Positions 12,893 to 26,510 of a DNA stretch of 64,000 nt are shown in pieces. The stretch comes from Eledone cirrhosa. Its lineage: Eukaryota. The notes under the pieces were generated by a model. It did no database searches and had not been told where the DNA came from. It worked only from the letters and a program-made list of their open reading frames with translations. Location: positions 58,404,001 through 58,468,000 of the forward strand of contig OZ024746.1 in NCBI GenBank assembly GCA_964016885.1. The letters run 5' to 3'. The translations under genes and the position numbers were made by a program. How positions within the stretch are numbered: the first letter of the stretch is position 1; every line of letters starts with the position of its first letter.

Positions 12893-12954
<62 letters not shown>

Positions 12955-13272
12955 ACTGGTTACAACTATGTATTGGTGATCGATTGACGCGAAAACAGGC
13001 GGGTAGCGATCTCTATACCTACCAGTTCAGAGAAACAATTGTCAGCAAAGTGATTAAAAACCTTTTTTGTATAGCAAAACATGTCACTCTTCTTTCTTGA
13101 TTTATCATTACTCCAAGTGTAAACAACATGGAAATTACCGCGTACTCGCAGCATCACTATGGAAACGCCTTGTTGAATCAAACTTAGCCAAGCGTTGATA
13201 CAATCCACTACTTGGAGTACCCTAACTGGACTACATCTAAGTGGACTACCTATAACAATAATCTGTTATACC

Positions 13273-13367
<95 letters not shown>

Positions 13368-13434
13368 TTTACATATATATATATATATATGTACAATATA
13401 TATGTATATATGTACAATATATATATATATATGT

Positions 13435-13514
<80 letters not shown>

Positions 13515-13515
13515 G

Positions 13516-13588
<73 letters not shown>

Positions 13589-14084
13589 GTTTCGCTATGT
13601 AAATATATAAGTTTGTATGTGCGCGTGCGCATCAAGATGTCTACCCGTTAGATATTTTTTAAGCAAATACTTGTTGTTCATCTCATATGATCTCCCCCGC
13701 TGTCTTCAATGATAGAAAACATATCTTTGATTCTGTTTTCATCTTACCCAACCTCCAGGCAATTCATTTATTATTCTCGAGACGAAAGATTATTTGACAA
13801 GTAAAACATAAATACTAATAATAAAGTGGAATTAATTTAAACACCGATACAGACAGGACACACATGTATGCAGAGAAAACAGTAAACATATACACACACA
13901 GAGACATAAAGACACGCACGCACGCACAAACACATGCACACACACATATATATATGTGTGTGTGTGTGTTTGGATGTGTATTCATGTATAAGGAGGTGTA
14001 TGGATATATATGTGTGTATTTCTATGATTAATTATAGTTCAGAATGTGTTAACAATACATTTTTATAAATAATTACACATATAT

Positions 14085-14163
<79 letters not shown>

Positions 14164-14186
14164 TATATATATATAATGTGAGTATG

Positions 14187-14222
<36 letters not shown>

Positions 14223-14493
14223 TACAAATACGTGTATACGTATATATACATGTATGTAATGTATGTATATATATATATATGTATATGCATATATATATAT
14301 ACATATTTGTATGCATATTTAATGTTATTCACGGACACGTATAATTAATCATAAATAAACATATGATATGCAAATATAGATTATGTATATATACAGATAT
14401 ATTGTATACCCAGTTCTCTCTAAACGTATATTCGTCTTATATATGCTACGTCACAAATAAATGCATACACACTCACACAAAAATATATATACG

Positions 14494-14592
<99 letters not shown>

Positions 14593-14864
14593 TGAGAGAC
14601 AGTGAGATGTATAGATAGATATACATATATATATATATACACACATATCTGCTATTTTTATATATATATATATATTCGATGAAAGTTTTACATTAAAATG
14701 CTTTTATTGTATATGGAAACGATCTGATTCAGTCCACACATCAGATGAACAGATCGATACTAGGGTCAGATCTATCATATCGATGATGATCTTGAACCAA
14801 TCATCATTGAATCAAAAATAAAGTTCAATATATATTGAACACATTTAAATATGTAACTCCCTAA

Positions 14865-15050
14865 TATTGTTGTTTCTACTTTTGGCACAAGGACAGCAAT
14901 TACCCCAGTGGATTACTGGTACTTTATGTTATCGACCTCGTAAGGATGAACGGCAAAGTCAACCTCGGCGGGATTTCAACTCAGGCCGTAAAGGGACGTA
15001 ACTCTATGTTATAAAGCATGGTATCCGATCCTCTACCGATACTGCCAATT
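14865..15050 (-). mobile_element. tRNA-derived SINE
   Basis: Reverse complement of the 768-type SINE. Confidence 0.85.
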
Positions 15051-15129
15051 CCCTAATATAATACTTGATATACACAATGAACTAATGCATCGAGTGTTCA
15101 CATATGTACCACCTCTAGTAATCACATAA

Positions 15130-15168
<39 letters not shown>

Positions 15169-15173
<5 letters not shown>

Positions 15174-15576
15174 AAATGGGAGAAGAATACTGCAGGCTGC
15201 ACATGGATAACATGTTATAAAATGAGTCCCTCAGCAGTGATTTGCCAACGATCATAGATATTTCATTGCATTAAAAATCATATACCTCACGTTGGTGCAA
15301 TAATAACTAAATTAAATTATTAGGACAATTAAAACGCGTAAAGCGAGTGAAACAAGTAAACTTGTCTCACTCGCTTTACGCGTTTTAATTGTCCTAATAA
15401 CTTAATTTAGTTATTATTGCCTAATAACTTAATTTAGTTATTATTGCACCAACGTGAGGTATATGATTTTTAATGCAATGAAATATCTATGATCGTTGGC
15501 AAATCACTGATGAGGGACTCATTTTATAACATGTTATCCATGTGCAGCCTGCAGTATTCTTCTCCCCATTTTTTCA
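15169..15576. mobile_element. Family E fold-back palindrome next to (TA)n
   Basis: Near-perfect arms centred on ACAAG-TAAA-CTTGT (15352-15365); 27-bp tandem duplication in the right arm (15393-15446); homologue at 40057-40500. Confidence 0.85.
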
Positions 15577-15619
15577 CATATATTTACCTAAACTGCGATT
15601 CTGTTTTTCTCTCTCTCTT

Positions 15620-18268
15620 ACTGCTCCCTCGGACTCCTTTCTCTCCTTCTTCTGCTCCTTCCACCCCTCCCTCCACTTCACCACCTCTATCTCCACCACC
15701 CACGTCCACTTCTTAGACATCTCCGTCACCTTCTACCCCTCCCACCACTCCCTCGTCACCTCCGCCTTCTTCAAACCCACCGACTCCCACTCTTACCTCG
15801 ACTTCATCTCTTCCCACCCCACCCACACTAAACACTCCATTCCCTACTCCCAACTTCTCAGGATCCGCCGCCTCTGTAGCCGAGATGCTGACTTTGAGTC
15901 CCAGGCCCTTTCACTAGTCAGCCATTTCATCCGCAGAGGTTACCCCCTCTCACTCGTCCACACCGCTCTCACCCGCGCCCGTGCTGTCCCCCGCTCCACC
16001 CCCCTCACCCCACGCCACCGCACACCCACCCACCGTCTCCCCTTCCCCATCACCTACCACCCCTCCACCTTACACCTCCACCGCACCATCCGCCGCCTCT
16101 TCCGACGCCTCCAGTCCGACCCCTCCACCTCCCACATCTTCCCAACCCCACCACTCCCCTCCTTCAAACGCGCACGCAATCTCCGCACCCTCCTCGTCCA
16201 CAGCTCCCTACCCCCCCAACCCACGCTCCGTTCCCCCCCCCCGGTTCCTTTCCCTGTTCTAGGCCCCGCTGCAACACCTGTCCCCACATCACCAACACCA
16301 CCACCTTCCAGGGTCCCAACGGCCACTCTCTCTCTGTCCGGCATGCCTTCCGCTGCACCTCCTCCAACCTAGTCTACGGACTTCGCTGCAGGAGTGCAGC
16401 GCGACTTATGTCAGACAGACGGGACGTCGCCTGGCGGACCGATTCACTGAGCACCTCCGGGATATTCGTCTCGGGGGTAGTTCCCCCATCGCCCGCCACT
16501 TTGGTAGCCCTGGACATTCCGCACGCCATCTCACAGTCTGTGGCCTACTCCAGTGGCACGGAACACCCGCCAGTCGCCTTAGGGTCGAACAACGAACTAT
16601 CTTCATCTTACAGACCCACACTCCCCCCGGCCTGAACTCCCCACCCTTATTCCTTTAGCCTTCGACCCCCCCCATACACACACTTATCCCCCACTAACAC
16701 CAGTAACACACCCCTCCTTTTCACCGCCCACCCCACAACTAACAATACTAACACATTCACTCCACCCCTCATCTGACCACCCTTCCCCAAGTAACATACT
16801 AACATCCCTCCCTTCTTCTCCTCCTCCCCCCTCCTTATCACACGCACACACCCACCGGCACATATATACACGCGCTCACACTAAACACACACCCTACTAC
16901 CACCACTAACCCTCACCCCCACACCTCTCACCCCCACACCTCCATCCCACCACCCCGCAACTAACCTCAATAACATCCCCTAACCCCAAGCACACGAACA
17001 CACGCACCCACTTACACCACCCACCCCACACGCAACTAACATCACTAACACCCCCCCCCAACCCCACGCACACGTACCCACACACCCTCGTACACCACCA
17101 ACTCTACACACCCTACCACCACTAACCCCCACTCACACCTGCATTCAACCCCTCCCCACCTCCCGTATACTAACACCAACTAACACCCCTTCTCAAACTA
17201 CACACACGCCAGTACACCACACTCCCTCCATAGAACCACACACACCCTTCTCTCCCCGCTCCACTCACACCCTCGCTCCACACTCACTCATCCCACTAAC
17301 ACCTCTACTAATACACACACACACACCCTCCTCACTCCAACTTTCACACCTACCCATCCTCGCCCCTTTACCATTCCACCGACTGCTGCTATGCCCTCTG
17401 ACCACCTCCCAGCACAAACAGACACACAGCACTCCCACTGCTTGACCACTTCCTGTTGCGCGCGCACCCCATATCTCTCTTCTTCCGACCATCGCTTCAT
17501 GGAACACTCGCACGCAGAAATTGACCACCACAGAATCCACTAAACACCTTTGGATTTTACCAACTTTTCAACCATTCTTTTACGTAATCACCTATATAAC
17601 TAACCCACACACACCCCAACAATTTTTTTTTCTCCACACGCCACCTACACCCACAACACGCTTAAACCCCACACACACGTGCTTTCCACCACATATTTAC
17701 ACCCTCAGCCTCCTGATTCCTCTCCCCCCACCCCTCTATCCACACACGCACAGACACTCCCCCCCACACACACACCTCTTCCTGAACATGCAACGCCGTT
17801 CTTCCCCCAACCCTTACTTTCACATACACACACACACACACGTACACCTACACACACACACCACCTTCAGCCCTCCCCGCTCGGACACCTCGTCTCCCTC
17901 TCCCCACTCCACCCGCCACCACCCCTACACACCCACACCCTTCCACCACCTGTTTTACCCCCCTTTTAATTTCAGTTTATTTTGATCATGCTTTTATATT
18001 TAAATTTATTTATTTCCTTGTATTTTGATCATGCTTTATTTTTATTTTTATTTTCATTTTTTTCATTCGCACCGTTTCCTTTCGCTATATGTCTCTCCAC
18101 CACTCCCCTACACACACCCTTTGAACTCTGTTCCCACACACTTCTCACCTGAGGAAGGGCTTATGCCCTAAACGTCGTCCCCCACCAACACCCCGCTCTC
18201 CAGAGCGTGAAATTAATAAACATTCGTTGTACTGCCTCTCTGTTTTGTCCCTGTTCAAATTTGTCCAT

Positions 18269-18270
<2 letters not shown>
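15620..18270 (+). mobile_element. 5'-truncated Penelope-like retroelement, Neptune-like (RT C-terminus + GIY-YIG, frameshifted, long CA-rich 3' UTR)
   Basis: VHFLDI, FKPTDSHSYL..SSHP..K.SIPYSQLLRIRRLCS, RGYP, ITYHP, RNLR..LVHS; after a frameshift CSRPRCNTC, FRCTSSNLVY, TGRRLADRFTEH, GLN; ends in TA. Confidence 0.9.
18146..18178 (+). ncRNA. Minimal PLE-type HHR with inactivated core
   Basis: CAC-CTGAGGAA-GGGC-TTAT-GCCC-TAAAC-GTC-GT; GAAA has become TAAA. Confidence 0.7.
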
Positions 18271-18295
<25 letters not shown>

Positions 18296-18299
<4 letters not shown>

Positions 18300-18470
18300 T
18301 AAAATAATAGATTAAAGTTTCAGCAAAGTATCGCTGCTTTCACCCTTAACGGGATCTTCTGAAACTAACAAAGTCAATCTGTAAACGCAGAAGTGGATAT
18401 TTCAAAAAACGTTGCAACCGGAGGAAGACAGGAAGACGATACTTTGGTTCGTGGAAACGTTCGCTATGCA
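18296..18470. mobile_element. Internal fragment of the Helitron at 61255-62043
   Basis: Shares ATTAAAATAA..TAAAGTTT..GCAAAG..TCGCTGCTTTCACCCTTAACGGGAT and CAGGAAGACGATACTTTGGTTCGT. Confidence 0.7.
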
Positions 18471-18478
18471 TATATATA

Positions 18479-19145
18479 TCAAATATTGAGTTATAAACAC
18501 GAAATAGTCTTTTACAATTAAATAGCTCAAAGAAGTCAATATTTCTGAGCCGTGTAATACAAATGAATATATGAGGGATGAACACTTATAAAATTATACC
18601 TGTGGTCGAATTGCAAATGACCAAATTAGCTAGGTTGAAAAATACTAATTTAACATAATATGGTTTGCCTGTCTCGATTTAAAATAATAAATCAATAAAA
18701 ATAACAAACCTATCTTGGCAATGACGGTGATACCCGAACAAATTCTAAATTTGTTTCGCAACAATTAAATGAAAGTTACTATTCCTGTGCTCTTCTGCGG
18801 CTATGAGACGAGTTAGGCGCTGGGACACATGTGCGTTCAACAACACGTATTTCTCAGTCTTCTTAAGTATTTTGAAGTGATTGATACGAATTTTCCTGGA
18901 TACGCGCAGAAGAGCACAGTATAGTAACTTTCACTTAATTGTTGCGAAATAAATTTAGAATTTGTTCGGGTATCACGGTCATTGCCAATATAGGTTTGTT
19001 ATTTTTATTGATTTATTATTTTAAATCGAGACAGGCAAACCATATTATATTAAATTTGTATTTTTCAATCTAGCTAACTTGGTCATTTGCAATACGAACA
19101 CATGTATAATCGTATAGGGGTTCATCCCTCATATATTCATTTGTA
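18479..19145. mobile_element. Family D fold-back element with ~100-bp spacer and left extension, in (TA)n
   Basis: Arms ~18557-18799 and ~18905-19145; homologous single arm at 40553-40803. Confidence 0.85.
18899..18974 (+). ncRNA. HHR motif with variant core CAGAAGA (family D)
   Basis: GATACGCG-CAGAAGA-GCAC...GTTGC-GAAA-TAAATT-TAG-AATTTG-TT^CGGGTATC. Confidence 0.6.
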
Positions 19146-19522
19146 TATATATATATATATGTATTTATAAATTGGGAGACAGAAAGCAAGCTTTGTTTAC
19201 CAACGGCTAGTGCATTTGAAAATTAGGTAGTAACATGTGCTTACGCCGTATTTGATTACATAGAATTAGTGTGCTAGTTGCGATTTAAAAACCCTCTAAA
19301 TGTAAAAAGAGGATGAGTTTTGACGTACATAAGTCAGGAAACCCCCACATATGGCATCCCGGACCAATCTGTTACAATTACACCAACACGCCATCTTGCT
19401 TGTTTCCATTCAAGTAGAAGCTATGTAGCCGTAGCAGGTATATATCCATATACATAGGGAGACACAAAGCAGGCTGTGTTTACAAACGGCTAACGAATTT
19501 GAAAATTAGGTACTAATGTTGT

Positions 19523-19718
19523 TATAATAGATTTGGGGGGACGGGGTCGATTAAATTGACGCCATTGCGTCACTGGTACTTTATTTTATCGACCCCCCAC
19601 CCGGTAAAGGGTGAAAGTCAAAGCTAACCTCGGCAGGATTTGAACTCAGAACGTAAAGGGGCGTAACTCTATGCTGCAAAGCATGGCGTCCAACACTCTA
19701 CCGATACTGCCAATCCAT
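19523..19718 (-). mobile_element. tRNA-derived SINE (long form, partial tail)
   Basis: GGATTTGAACTC (box B, reverse) and TACTGCCAATCC (box A region, reverse). Confidence 0.8.
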
Positions 19719-19931
19719 GTATAATTAATAATAATAATAATAATAATAATGGCTGAGAAAAGAAATGCTTTTCCATACAAGGTAGTCATCATCAACATTA
19801 TCACCGTCTTATGTCAGTGTCCATTGATGGCATGAAACAGAAATTAAAAAAAAAACAGAACAAAGACAAAGACAAAAACACAGAGAGAGAGAAAGTTTTG
19901 TTGATGTCAGGTTTTGAGTGTAAACGGTAAG

Positions 19932-20445
19932 CTACCGAACTGTGTTATCGTGTTCAGAGGAGTAGAGTCCAAGATGTATACCTGAGATAATGGTATCTGG
20001 AAGCAAGATTTTGTTAGTGTCAAATAGAAATGCATCTTCTTCAAATTTGACCATTGGTTTGTGAGAACATAGGACAGGTTCCTGCAGCATATGGTCCACA
20101 GACTCAAAGCCAGGTTCATATGGCTCTAGTTCTAACAAGTTAAACAAAGCTGGAGGAATGTAGCCATTGGTGCTGGTCATTTGACAAACAGTCTGGATGT
20201 AGAGTTGTAGACGATGTCTTTTGTGTTCCAATACTTTGGGGGTTCCATTTTAACATCTTCTTTGGAGGGAATTCTGGTGTTGCAATCAGCTTCTTCAGCT
20301 GTTTGTGCAGATCTTCAAATTCAGTGTAGCGTCTTTCGACAGAGTTATATATTCCAGACATCCATACTTGGACATAAAATACCGTGTAGCTTCTGTCATT
20401 TTCACCTCCGACTTTACGAAAACTGGGAATTGAAACTCGTATCAT
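19932..20445 (-). CDS. SNX24: Sorting nexin-24/22-like PX-domain protein; intronless; one +1 frameshift in the G5 run at 20238-20242 (170 aa if corrected)
   Basis: MIRVSIPSFR..YTVF..VERRYTEFEDLHKQLKK..TPEFPPK..KWNP/KVLEHKRHRLQLYIQ..SHKPMVKF..LPDTIISGIHLGLY follows the SNX24 PX domain and C-terminal motif; no internal stops in either half. Confidence 0.85.
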
Positions 20446-21279
20446 TTTCACAAATCGTGTGGCCTTCCAACACCATTCATTCAACACAAAGATGCATTTA
20501 AAAAAAAAACAAAAATGAAAATGATGTTTGTATATTAGTTTCTGTCTGGTGACCCTGTGGTAAACAGGCGAAACTCCAGAGTAATAAGACTCACTATTTA
20601 GCCTTAATAAAATGAATATTAAAACAATACTTCAGTATTGAGTACACTTTTTTTCTCAGTCGTCAACCACTTACGTGTATGTATGTGTGTCTGTGTGTAT
20701 ATATATATATATATGTATGAGGTGGTAGGTTTAAGTTGTTTGTTTGGTCGTAGCAGTAGTTCCAATAGTTGTTGTTGTTTGTTATAGTGATGATGTCAAC
20801 GGCTTCTTTGATGTTTATGTAGCGGTAATGGTTGTTGTGGTGTTGATAGTGTTACGTTAATGGTGATGGCGGTAATTATATTGGTAAGTATTATATATTA
20901 TTGGTGGTGGTGGTGATGACGGCAGTGTCTTGTTTTTATTATTTGCGATGGAAGTGGTTATATTCGTACAGTGTGGTGGAGATGTCAGGCCATTCTGTTG
21001 CATTTGTGTGTCGTTATAAACATAGTATTATGATGTAGTAATGGTAGCGAGCTTTTTGAAGATATGTATGTTGTTATAATATGGTATAGTGTAGTAGTGG
21101 CGAAGTATGGTTATAGTCAGGTATGGTGTAGTAGTGGTACTGGTTAGTGGAGGCAAAGTAAGGTTATTATTACGATGCGGTTATAGTATGGTGTGGTATA
21201 GTAGAGCTGTTAGCGGTAGCATGGTGTAGTTGTAGTATATATATGCGTGTGTGTGTGTGTCTGTATACAGAGAGAGAAA

Positions 21280-21346
<67 letters not shown>

Positions 21347-21494
21347 GTATGTATGTATATATATATATATATGGTGCTACTGGTAACATGTATCCCATTA
21401 CAACCTGTCTCATGGTCGGGTCGTTGGCGACTAAACTGGCAACCCAACCAAGGTTTCTTGGTGAGGTGGGTGACTTTCGACATCCCGCAGGACT

Positions 21495-21925
21495 AAAAAC
21501 AAAACCTGTCATTATACATATTTCAGGGATACCACATTAAATTATGGTATGCCTTCATCAGAAAAAATACAATATATAACAGTTTTACAAATAGGTTTGA
21601 CGTTCTTATTCCTTTGTTTTTCTTATTCCTTCCTTTTCTTTCTTTTATTTCCTCCTATCTTTATCTATCTCTTTCTTTTCTCCATACTTTTCTCTCTCTC
21701 TCCGATATTTCTCCAGGTTTTCTTTCTCTTTTCTTTCTCTCTCTCTGTCTTTGTTCTTTTCTCTTTCTTTCTCTCCGTCTTTTTCTAATTGTGCTTAACA
21801 CTATGACTTATTATATGAACAAATCACTATCCAGACAGCCTCCAAAAGTAATGGTTGTATTTTAAAGGGTACGTCAAACCTATTTGTAAAACTGTTATAT
21901 ATTGTATTTTGTCTGATGAAGGCAT
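21495..21925. mobile_element. Family B inverted PLE-type ends; right arm fused to a Nematis-like copy
   Basis: 21549-21603 is the reverse complement of ~21872-21925; CT-rich spacer between. Confidence 0.75.
21503..21570 (-). ncRNA. Type I HHR motif (family B)
   Basis: CTGATGA-AGGCATACCAT-AATTTAAT-GTGGTATCCCT-GAAATATGTATA^ATGAC; stem I is weak in this copy. Confidence 0.65.
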
Positions 21926-23604
<1,679 letters not shown>

Positions 23605-23871
23605 TCATATCACCATAATACGCAACTGAAACGAGACCGGTGCAGTAAAGGTTTCGTATCTTATAAAATATTGCAGTGAAATAAAGTTACAGATGGCTAA
23701 GTGCGTTACCGATAATTAATTATTGAAAAATGTAGAGGTAGTCATGCCCGCTGGTGCCCAATTATTTAGTGCAGCTTTTAATGGATGAACTTATCTCAGA
23801 GAGAACGTCTCTGCATGTAGCCGAATATGTAGTGTTACTGAACGGAATTACGTAGTTGCCTCATATGTTCT

Positions 23872-23913
<42 letters not shown>

Positions 23914-23937
23914 ACAGAACATATTACCCTCATATTA

Positions 23938-23998
23938 CGTTCATATTACGTTCTTATGATACAGGTTGCATAAGAAGAGCTGATTTCATCAGTATATA

Positions 23999-24062
<64 letters not shown>

Positions 24063-24119
24063 TACTGATGAAATCACCTCTTCTTATGCAACCTGTATCA
24101 TAAGAACGTAATATGAACG
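23938..24119. repeat. 55-bp inverted duplication centred on a (TA)n tract
   Basis: 23938-23992 is the reverse complement of 24065-24119 with one mismatch. Confidence 0.9.
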
Positions 24120-24548
24120 CTAGTGTTTAAAGATCTCTGCAGACATTTATTAAATGCCATTTATAATGGATATATTATTATACCTTAATTTTGCTGTTAT
24201 TTTATGCATGTAAGTCTATAAACCCGTTCTTTAGACGTATATTTTTTTAGGAATAAAATATTTTATATTAATCTAGTGTATCGACTATAGTTGTGGTGGT
24301 TGTGTTATTTTATTTTTTTTTTTTTTTTGTGAGGGGTTTATTATTTGTGTTGTTGATATTGGAGTGATTTTTATTCTTTATCAAAGCATATTATGATTAC
24401 TAAGTTATACGATGTGGTTGCTAACTCAAGACTGGGCATGCAGCTGAAGCCAGCCAGCTGAAAATGTGTAATACTTTAATTTACACACTTCCAGAGTTCT
24501 GCTCTACATTTCAGTCTATCTCTCAGTCTATCTCTACCTTTCTCTGTC

Positions 24549-24579
<31 letters not shown>

Positions 24580-24616
24580 CTTTCCTTCCCAGTTTGTCTC
24601 TCATTCGTTCATTATC

Positions 24617-24717
<101 letters not shown>

Positions 24718-24722
24718 TTCTC

Positions 24723-24807
<85 letters not shown>

Positions 24808-25212
24808 ATCTTTCTCTCATCCGCTCGCTTACTTATTAATGGAAGGTCAACAAAGCCATACAATCTCATTCATGTCATTATATTTTAACGGCTTCTAACG
24901 CGAATTAAGCACACTTCTAAAGCTGACATGAATCTGTTAAATAATGCGATAGGTTACACTATAAAATAATGGAAAAAAATGCAACGAATATATCAATAAA
25001 TGTGAGAATTGAAGAAAGGAAATTGAAATAGAACGTCTATATTTGCCAATACCGTGTGTTATTGACTTCCACAACCTTCACACAATAATAAATACTGTCA
25101 CTCAGTTATCGAAACAGTTTTGGTTATTTTCCGTCAGAATTTGCATATAAATTATTTTTTCGGATGAAAAACAATACATATATATGTATACACACACACA
25201 CACACACACACG

Positions 25213-25316
<104 letters not shown>

Positions 25317-25323
25317 TATATAC

Positions 25324-25476
<153 letters not shown>

Positions 25477-25511
25477 TACATATATATATATATACATATA
25501 TTTACACACAC

Positions 25512-25593
<82 letters not shown>

Positions 25594-26204
25594 GCCTGTA
25601 TGTGTGTGGGTGACAAAGAATTACTTTCGAAGAAAATAAAAATTGATAGAAGAAAAGACTAAACCATGAACTAAAATAATTATAACTATAGATGTAAGCA
25701 TTGATCTTGCTTCTCCTATGTATTATATAAATAGCTGGTAAAGTAGTACTATCTTTATATTCACATTCTACTGGAAACTTATAGTCATAGACATATCAAT
25801 GCACGGAAATAAAATTACAGAGAAAAATTACACTTTGTGTCGGGTACAAAGGTAAAGAGAAACATCGGGTATTTAAGTTTTTCGTCATAAATATAAATCC
25901 CCGTTGTTTTCAAATATTTCCTTTTATGGTCAAGCGGAAAATGACTGATGCTTTAGAACGTTGATTAGTATGCTATGCGGCATTCGATCCGACAATTTGC
26001 TACCCAGGTCAATTTCGGTTTTCATCTTTTCGACGCCAATAAATAACACCAATTCCTGCACTGAAATCGATGATTCCTCTATTTTTATTAACATACGAAG
26101 ACTGTCAAAAATATATATGCCTTTAGACTGGTAAGAATGAAATACATACTAGTTCGTGTTCAATCTCCTTCGATGTCGGACTCTTGAATATTCCCAGACT
26201 AAAT

Positions 26205-26510
26205 TCAGCAATCCTTCCATTCTTCGAAGTACGTTTGGAGCACTTTTTCCAGAGTAGTTTTCAGCTCTTCGAAAGATGTTCTTTCAGCTCTCATAGAATT
26301 CAAATGAATGGAGATATGACTGGAGAGTATGGAGCTTGGTGAATGAGCACAATATATTTCGTGATCAAGAAACGAATCTGCCGTAAGGAGTGGACAATCG
26401 GGAATTCTCAAGAATGACGCCTTTTTACGACCCTTTTTACGACCCTTTTTTTCAATGTATTCCTGGAACGAAATGTCATCAACCTCGGATTCATCGATGA
26501 CAATTATGGA
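26205..26510 (-). CDS. Candidate terminal coding exon of an unidentified gene
   Basis: TTTGCCACTTGCTAG acceptor, then 101 open codons SIIVIDESEVDDISFQEYIEKKGRKKGRKKASFLRIPDCPLL...LEKVLQTYFEEWKDC*; non-repetitive; no homology recognised. Confidence 0.35.
   Translation of the reverse strand, partial: SIIVIDESEVDDISFQEYIEKKGRKKGRKKASFLRIPDCPLLTADSFLDHEIYCAHSPSSILSSHISIHLNSMRAERTSFEELKTTLEKVLQTYFEEWKDC

Larger units (their letters stand above)
12470..12896. mobile_element. Family C fold-back palindrome with 3' extension, in (TA)n
   Basis: Arms 12470-~12632 and ~12645-12807; extension 12808-12896 followed by (TA)n. Confidence 0.9.

Noticed and set aside
13195-14644. YIYI, LSLS, HTHT and CVCV ORFs here and throughout the window
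   Set aside because: Translations of (TA)n, (CT)n and (CA)n microsatellites
15349-15366. GAAACAAG-TAAA-CTTGTC at the family E centre looks like HHR stem III with a GUC triplet
   Set aside because: The homologue at ~40185-40201 reads GAGACAGTAAAC with no HHR core nearby, so GAAAC is probably a point mutation in an ordinary fold-back
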